Below, one piece after another: positions 59,276 to 64,000 of a stretch of 64,000 bases of DNA. The notes beneath the pieces were generated by a model. That model was not told the DNA's origin. It saw only the letters and a list, made by a program, of their open reading frames with translations, and did not search any database. Position 1 is the first letter of the stretch. Each line of letters begins with the position of its first letter. A program made the translations under genes and the position numbers. The DNA is from an uncultured Verrucomicrobiae bacterium. GTDB taxonomy: Bacteria > Verrucomicrobiota > Verrucomicrobiia > Chthoniobacterales > UBA10450. The stretch is from assembly GCA_963735805.1 (NCBI GenBank), contig CAVTMK010000003.1, positions 160,001 through 224,000 of the forward strand, read 5' to 3'.

Positions 59276-60043
59276 TTACGCCATCAATATTTGATACAGG
59301 TGCTGTAACTCCTGGTCGACATCTGCCGGATCAGAGACGGTGCCGGCGACTTCCATTCTCAACGATTCGCGGTAACGCTGCCGAAGACGCGACAGCCAGG
59401 TGCGCAGGGTGGCGATCGGCACTCCGAGTCGAGCTGCCGCTTCCTCCTGATTTGGTGGCGTAACGCTTCCGCCCGCGACGAATGGTCTTAGTTCCTCAAG
59501 CCATTCAGCTTTGCCTTCCGCGACAAATGCGGTCTCTAAATTGTCCCACGCTCGTCGGACGATGGTCGACGCCCAGACCAGATCGTAGCAAGCAGCGTCG
59601 CTGAGATGAGCAGTTGCCATCATCGCTGCTTCGGCCTCGGGAAGGTGTTCCTCAATCGAGACGAGCTGACGACCGCCACCTCTCTTTAGCGCCCGGGCGC
59701 GGTCATATTCGTTGTACAGAAAATTCTGCAGAGACCCCAGCAGAAACGTGCGGAGCCGGCCCTTTTGCTGGTCCGCGCGCGTCAGAGTGTTTTGCTCAAG
59801 CAGATGTGCGAAGAAACCCTGGACGAGATCTTGTGCGTCAGCGGATGAATGACCGCGGTGGCGCAGAAAGCTATAAAGCGGCGGCCAATAAGCTTCGCAA
59901 AACCCAGAGAGCGCCTGTTGTGACAATTCCGTCGAGTCGTCGTTTCGCGCACGCAACACGACCGTCCAATGCGTCGTTTGAAACGAAGCACCGCCCTCCT
60001 GAAGCGTTCCCGGGATTGCTTTCGTTCGCGCAGGGTCGCTTAC
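59276..60043 (-). CDS. ECF sigma factor (kinase-associated type); start codon non-canonical or lost
   Basis: FQTTHWTVV, YWPPLYSFLR, DAQDLVQGFF, GRLRTFL, region 4 AAARLG...RLRQRY; first canonical start (GTG 59959) falls at the end of the conserved N-terminal motif. Confidence 0.85.
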   Translation of the reverse strand, partial: VSDPARTKAIPGTLQEGGASFQTTHWTVVLRARNDDSTELSQQALSGFCEAYWPPLYSFLRHRGHSSADAQDLVQGFFAHLLEQNTLTRADQQKGRLRTFLLGSLQNFLYNEYDRARALKRGGGRQLVSIEEHLPEAEAAMMATAHLSDAACYDLVWASTIVRRAWDNLETAFVAEGKAEWLEELRPFVAGGSVTPPNQEEAAARLGVPIATLRTWLSRLRQRYRESLRMEVAGTVSDPADVDQELQHLYQILMA

Positions 60044-60081
60044 TAAATCTGATTTTGCGAGAAAATTCGCGTCGTAGCGCT

Positions 60082-60106
60082 GTAACTGTCTCGCTGTGTC
60101 GAGGCG
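60082..60106 (+). repeat. REP-like hairpin, family B copy 2
   Basis: GTAAC-TGTCTCG-CTGTGT-CGAGGCG, similar to 21012-21036. Confidence 0.5.
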
Positions 60107-60147
60107 TTGCGACGCGTTCGGCGGTCAAGCTGCTCGTGACTACACAA

Positions 60148-60342
60148 TCAGTATTGGGCGAAAAGCGTACTCTTGCTGCTTGCGTTCTGGACGGACAAAG
60201 AAATGTCGGAGCCCTGCAAACTTGATTGGCTCAGCCCGGCGCTTCCGTGTTCGCTTCCTTCCTGGGCAACAACGCCTATGGTCAAAGCCGCGAACGCCGT
60301 TGCTACGGCGGCTGCCACTTTCGCTTCGACTGATAGCTTCAT
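60148..60342 (-). CDS. Small exported/membrane peptide (64 aa)
   Basis: MKLSVEAKVAAAVATAFAALTIGVVAQ signal-like segment; ATGA overlap with upstream ORF. Confidence 0.6.
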   Translation of the reverse strand: MKLSVEAKVAAAVATAFAALTIGVVAQEGSEHGSAGLSQSSLQGSDISLSVQNASSKSTLFAQY

Positions 60343-60566
60343 ATTCCAGAAGGCTCGTTGACCAGAGCGATAGCTGACTCCGTGGGCATGTGTCTTAGAG
60401 AAATCTTCAGACCGAGTTCTCTCCATCCGCCATCGAAATTGAATGAAGCCATGCTCTGCGCCAGCAATGGATCGTGACTGCGGCTCGTCGCCCGAAAAAG
60501 TGAACGCGAGGCGTCGCGCATCTGTTCAAAGAGTGTGACGCAGAGGTCTTTCATATTTCGTTTCAA
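60339..60566 (-). CDS. Hypothetical protein (75 aa)
   Basis: 4-bp overlaps with both neighbours. Confidence 0.5.
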   Translation of the reverse strand: MKRNMKDLCVTLFEQMRDASRSLFRATSRSHDPLLAQSMASFNFDGGWRELGLKISLRHMPTESAIALVNEPSGI

Positions 60567-61117
60567 ATAGATGAGGTTAACGGGTTGGCATCAGCGCGCT
60601 CAGAATCGGGGCAGCCTGCGAAAATGCGCACAAAAGAGGACTGCAATCTCTGCGAAACCTGGCCTGCGCGTTTTGCCCAATAATCGAACCAGCTTAGCGA
60701 GGCGTCGGCGAAAAGCTCTGTCCGGACAACTTCCGGACAGACATTCAGCGTTTTGCAAACGTTCACGAACGAGTAGGGCCAGGAGAAATCATTTGCAATG
60801 GCCCAGTCATGGGCATCGACATACAATTCCCGCCTTACTCCCCTGGCCGCGGAGCGAAACCGGCGCAAATCGCGGGCCGCCTGTTCCAGCACGCCCAGAG
60901 CGAGCTCTTTCTCAGGCGCCGCTGCTTGCAGCTGGGGCGCAGGAACAAAGAAATGTCCGCTGCGAGCGTTATCCGATTTCGCACTTAAAAATGCGTCCAT
61001 CGCCTCGCGCGATATCCGCGCGGTAGGCTGCTTTACGCTGTTTTCGTGGTTCGGAAACAAAGCAAACGGCCCGCTGAAACCGGTCTTACTAAGTGGATCT
61101 TCTATGAGGAGGTTCAT
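60563..61117 (-). CDS. Hypothetical helical protein
   Basis: PEKELALGVLEQAARD...AHDW...WPYSFVNVCKTL..PEVVR pattern; first gene of a coupled trio. Confidence 0.7.
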   Translation of the reverse strand: MNLLIEDPLSKTGFSGPFALFPNHENSVKQPTARISREAMDAFLSAKSDNARSGHFFVPAPQLQAAAPEKELALGVLEQAARDLRRFRSAARGVRRELYVDAHDWAIANDFSWPYSFVNVCKTLNVCPEVVRTELFADASLSWFDYWAKRAGQVSQRLQSSFVRIFAGCPDSERADANPLTSSI

Positions 61118-61393
61118 GTCAGTTTCGGTTGGTTGACTCGATTGTGTTCTCCTTTTCTCAGGATTTTTTTGGCCGACATTTCAAAAAAAATATATTTTTT
61201 ACGCCAGTGACATCCAGACGGCTGGTCGACAGGAGACCCCGCGGCGCCTGGTTCCATTAACTAAGGCCTTTGTTGTTTAGCCACCTTCGGTTGACCGCGA
61301 GTGTCATTACAACCGTAAGGGAGGGACGCGAATCCCTCCATCGAGGGTCTCGTTCCGGTTTGCTTGTCCGGCACGCGGCGTAAACTGTGTGAA

Positions 61394-63094
61394 ATGACTG
61401 ACGAGCAACAGGACGCACAGTTCTATCGCGATACGGAAAGTATCGCCTTTCCAAAGCTAACCGATCACCAGCTTTCCCTTTTGGAACCTCTAAGCGAACG
61501 GCGCGTAGTAAGTCGTGGCGAGGTCGTCTATAAGGCCGGTCAACGCGATGTCGGCTTAACTATCGTGTTACGGGGTGAAATCGAAGCTTTTGAGACGCGC
61601 GATGGCACGGAATATCCGCTCGCTACCGCGCGCGAACGCGATTTTATCGGCGACGTCGCGATGTTACAAGGCACATCCACCCTCGCATCGGCGCGGGTAA
61701 TGTCGGCAGACGCGGAGATCCTCTACGTTCCGGCAGTCGAACTCCGGCGCGCTTTGGCAGAGGTGCCCGCGGTGAGCAAAACGATCGTCGATGCATTGAT
61801 CATGCGGCGGCGCAGGATAGGCCGGGACCGGGTGTTCTCCGGAATGCGCGTTCTCGCTTCAAGGGATGCGCGTGATGGACATCGGCTCGATGATTTCCTC
61901 GACAAAAATCGTATTCCGCATCGGCTGATCGAATTCGAAAGTAAACAAGGACAGGCGCTGAGCGAACGTTTTCATCTGACAACTCGCGACTTGCCCGTCC
62001 TTATCACGCCCGCCGGCGCTCGCTTGCGCCAGCCTTCCATGCGCGAGGTGGCGCGGGAAGCCGGTTTGCTTCGTTCGCTGGCCGGCGAAGGTGAAACCGA
62101 GGTTCTATCCGATCTCACGATCGTTGGAGCTGGACCCGCTGGTTTGGCCGCTGCTGTGTATGCCGCCTCCGAGGGATTGCGCACAGTTGTTTTGGAAAGT
62201 TACGCTCCCGGAGGTCAGGCTGGTTCATCGTCGTTGATTGAAAACTTTTTTGGATTCCCAACCGGTATTGGTGGCGGCGAGTTAACTTGGCTCGCTCAGC
62301 TCCAGGCCTACCGCTTCGGCGCAAAATTTTCCACGCCGGCGCTGGCGCTCTCGTTTGATTACAATGCCGGCGACGAATATCGCGCCTGTCTTGAGGTCGA
62401 AGGTTGCGGGGCGGTGCTACGAGCAAAAACTGTCATCATCGCGACCGGTGCGGATTACCGTCGGCTTGATGCGGAGGGGCGCGAGCAATTTGAGAATGTG
62501 GGTGTTTACTACGCTGCGACGGCTATGGAGGGCCAACTCTGTCGGAACGAAACAGTTGTTGTCGTTGGCAGTGGCAACTCGGCAGGACAGGCCGCGATGT
62601 ATCTTTCCGAGGGCGCTGCCAGGGTATTGCTCGTTATTCGTGGGAAAGACATCAGCAGCAAGATGTCCGACTACCTTTCGCGCCGGGTGCAAGCGCGCGA
62701 GAACATTGAGATTCTCTACCAGACAGAGATCCGCAAGATGTTTGGCGGGAAAAAGCTCGAAGAAATCGAGCTGGAAAATACGCAGACCCGCGAGCGCCGA
62801 ACGGTTCGAACACCGGCTGTTTTCTCCATGATCGGTGCAAGACCCTGCACCGAATGGTTGCCGCCGGAAATCGAGCGCGACAACAAAGGATTCATCAAAA
62901 CCGGGACGAGTGTCGCCGGGGCGCCGGCATGGCAGGCGAACAAGCATCAACCCGGCCCACTCGAGACGAGTTTGCCGGGAATTTTTGCCGCGGGCGACGT
63001 GCGCTCCGGCTCCGTGAAACGGTGCGCCGCTGCGGTCGGCGAAGGCGGCATGGCCGTCGCCGGAGTCCAAATCAGGTTGGCTTCTTCATCCTGA
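61394..63094 (+). CDS. Cyclic-nucleotide-binding domain fused to thioredoxin reductase-like flavoprotein
   Basis: cNMP-like FIGDVAML; VGAGPAG, GGQAG, ATGA, GSGNSAG, TSLPGIFAAGD; CxxC replaced by YYAAT. Confidence 0.9.
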   Translation: MTDEQQDAQFYRDTESIAFPKLTDHQLSLLEPLSERRVVSRGEVVYKAGQRDVGLTIVLRGEIEAFETRDGTEYPLATARERDFIGDVAMLQGTSTLASARVMSADAEILYVPAVELRRALAEVPAVSKTIVDALIMRRRRIGRDRVFSGMRVLASRDARDGHRLDDFLDKNRIPHRLIEFESKQGQALSERFHLTTRDLPVLITPAGARLRQPSMREVAREAGLLRSLAGEGETEVLSDLTIVGAGPAGLAAAVYAASEGLRTVVLESYAPGGQAGSSSLIENFFGFPTGIGGGELTWLAQLQAYRFGAKFSTPALALSFDYNAGDEYRACLEVEGCGAVLRAKTVIIATGADYRRLDAEGREQFENVGVYYAATAMEGQLCRNETVVVVGSGNSAGQAAMYLSEGAARVLLVIRGKDISSKMSDYLSRRVQARENIEILYQTEIRKMFGGKKLEEIELENTQTRERRTVRTPAVFSMIGARPCTEWLPPEIERDNKGFIKTGTSVAGAPAWQANKHQPGPLETSLPGIFAAGDVRSGSVKRCAAAVGEGGMAVAGVQIRLASSS

Positions 63095-63557
63095 GGCCAG
63101 ACCCTCGGCGTTTTCGCAATGCATCGATCGACAGAGGACCCGCGCCGCCGAGAATTAGCGCAATCAGCCCGGCGATGTAGAGCAGATTGATTTCATAACC
63201 CGGCGGGCCGAATTGGGGTCCGTCCGGTGTGAGGCCGATTGTCTTCACGGCACTAAAGCCGTACTTGATGTTCACGGTAAACATCGCGCCCATCATCGAA
63301 AGGATCAGCGGAACACTTACGATGGTGACAAATGCGCCCAGTAAAAGAGCCAGGCCGCCAAAGATCTCCAGCAAAGTCACCAACCATGCGTTAGCGATAG
63401 GGAACGGCACGTGAGCCTGTTTCAAAAGCTCGGCGAAGGCCGCCGGCCCACGACTCCACTTGGCCCATCCGTGCACGATGAACCCCACACCAAGAATCAT
63501 CCGAATCGGTACGGGAACCCATCGCCGCCATCGCTCGCCGTTCAAGAACTCAAACAT
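63072..63557 (-). CDS. DoxX family membrane protein
   Basis: RMILG..FIVHGWAK, EIFGG, GYEINLL, GAGPLSID; GAAAGGAA RBS before ATG 63557. Confidence 0.9.
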   Translation of the reverse strand: MFEFLNGERWRRWVPVPIRMILGVGFIVHGWAKWSRGPAAFAELLKQAHVPFPIANAWLVTLLEIFGGLALLLGAFVTIVSVPLILSMMGAMFTVNIKYGFSAVKTIGLTPDGPQFGPPGYEINLLYIAGLIALILGGAGPLSIDALRKRRGSGLRMKKPT

Positions 63558-63587
63558 CCGGATTCCTTTCAAAATCGTTCCGGCATC

Positions 63588-63660
63588 GCCTAACGACACA
63601 GAGATTAGCTAGGGCCGTGTGTCGTGGCCAACGCGCTAAACTTATCTCGTGATGCGGCCA
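63588..63660 (-). other. attC-like half site directly upstream of doxX
   Basis: Minus strand GTTAGGC (GTTRRRY) about 30 bp before the ATG; hairpin GCC(TA)ACGACACA...TGTGTCGTGGC; no matching distal R box seen. Confidence 0.45.
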
Positions 63661-64000
63661 GCCTGCTCGCGAAAACCTTTGCTGTGAACAGCCTCGCTTC
63701 CTTGAATCATTTAACCGTACCACGAGAAATAAATAGGCTGCGCAAAGACCAAATACAATGTGCTGATGTTCCTACTTGCGGCCGCTGCTGGTCAGTCCTA
63801 TTGGTCGCGAAGCACTGCCCGACCCGCAGACAGTTATGAGCGATCAGCCAGCGACGACTTCGCCCGGCTAGAGACACATGCCTCGATTATTATCGGTAAA
63901 CGTCGGACTTCCGCGCGACATCGAGTGGAACGCGCGCACTGTGCATACAGGGATTTGGAAGGATCCTGTTCCTGGCCGCTGCCGAGTTGGCAGATTGAAC

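Noticed and set aside
1..64000. CRISPR array, rRNA, IS transposase, integrase or prophage genes
   Set aside because: No regularly spaced 23-47 bp direct repeats and no DDE, tyrosine recombinase, HUH or phage structural motifs recognised
63624..64000. 71-aa ORF and other coding potential at the right edge
   Set aside because: Starts inside the attC-like element, has no motif, and context is cut by the window end

Overview
64 kb of a moderately GC-rich bacterial chromosome, most likely a soil Verrucomicrobiota (Chthoniobacterales / Ca. Udaeobacter-like). That assignment is inferred from a TIGR03067-type protein, PVC-style ECF sigma plus Ser/Thr kinase-TPR genes and a lineage-typical signal peptide, not from a marker gene. 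Housekeeping blocks: fcl-gnnA-like-lpxB-kynB-like-arnT-like, ribBA-ribH-nusB-ftsY-MFS, mlaEFD, clpX-like-cyclase-recR-lipA-GT2, and rluD. Accessory regions: (i) an EVE/PUA-like gene coupled to a PD-(D/E)xK-like gene; (ii) a YtrA/GntR-ABC operon with a palindromic operator, two DUF4386 genes and two membrane-anchored MDR oxidoreductases, followed by small co-oriented genes with eroded attC-like spacers; (iii) a GT4 fusion plus GH130 pair; (iv) an RRM-infA-Zn ribbon-desaturase operon next to cfa; (v) three unknown genes upstream of an ECF sigma lacking a canonical start and its Ser/Thr kinase. GTAG-hairpin (REP-like) repeats are dispersed, one in frame inside a gene. Two single-base frameshifts may be assembly errors. 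No rRNA, tRNA, CRISPR, transposase or integrase was recognised. All family calls are motif recognition by eye; no database search was run.
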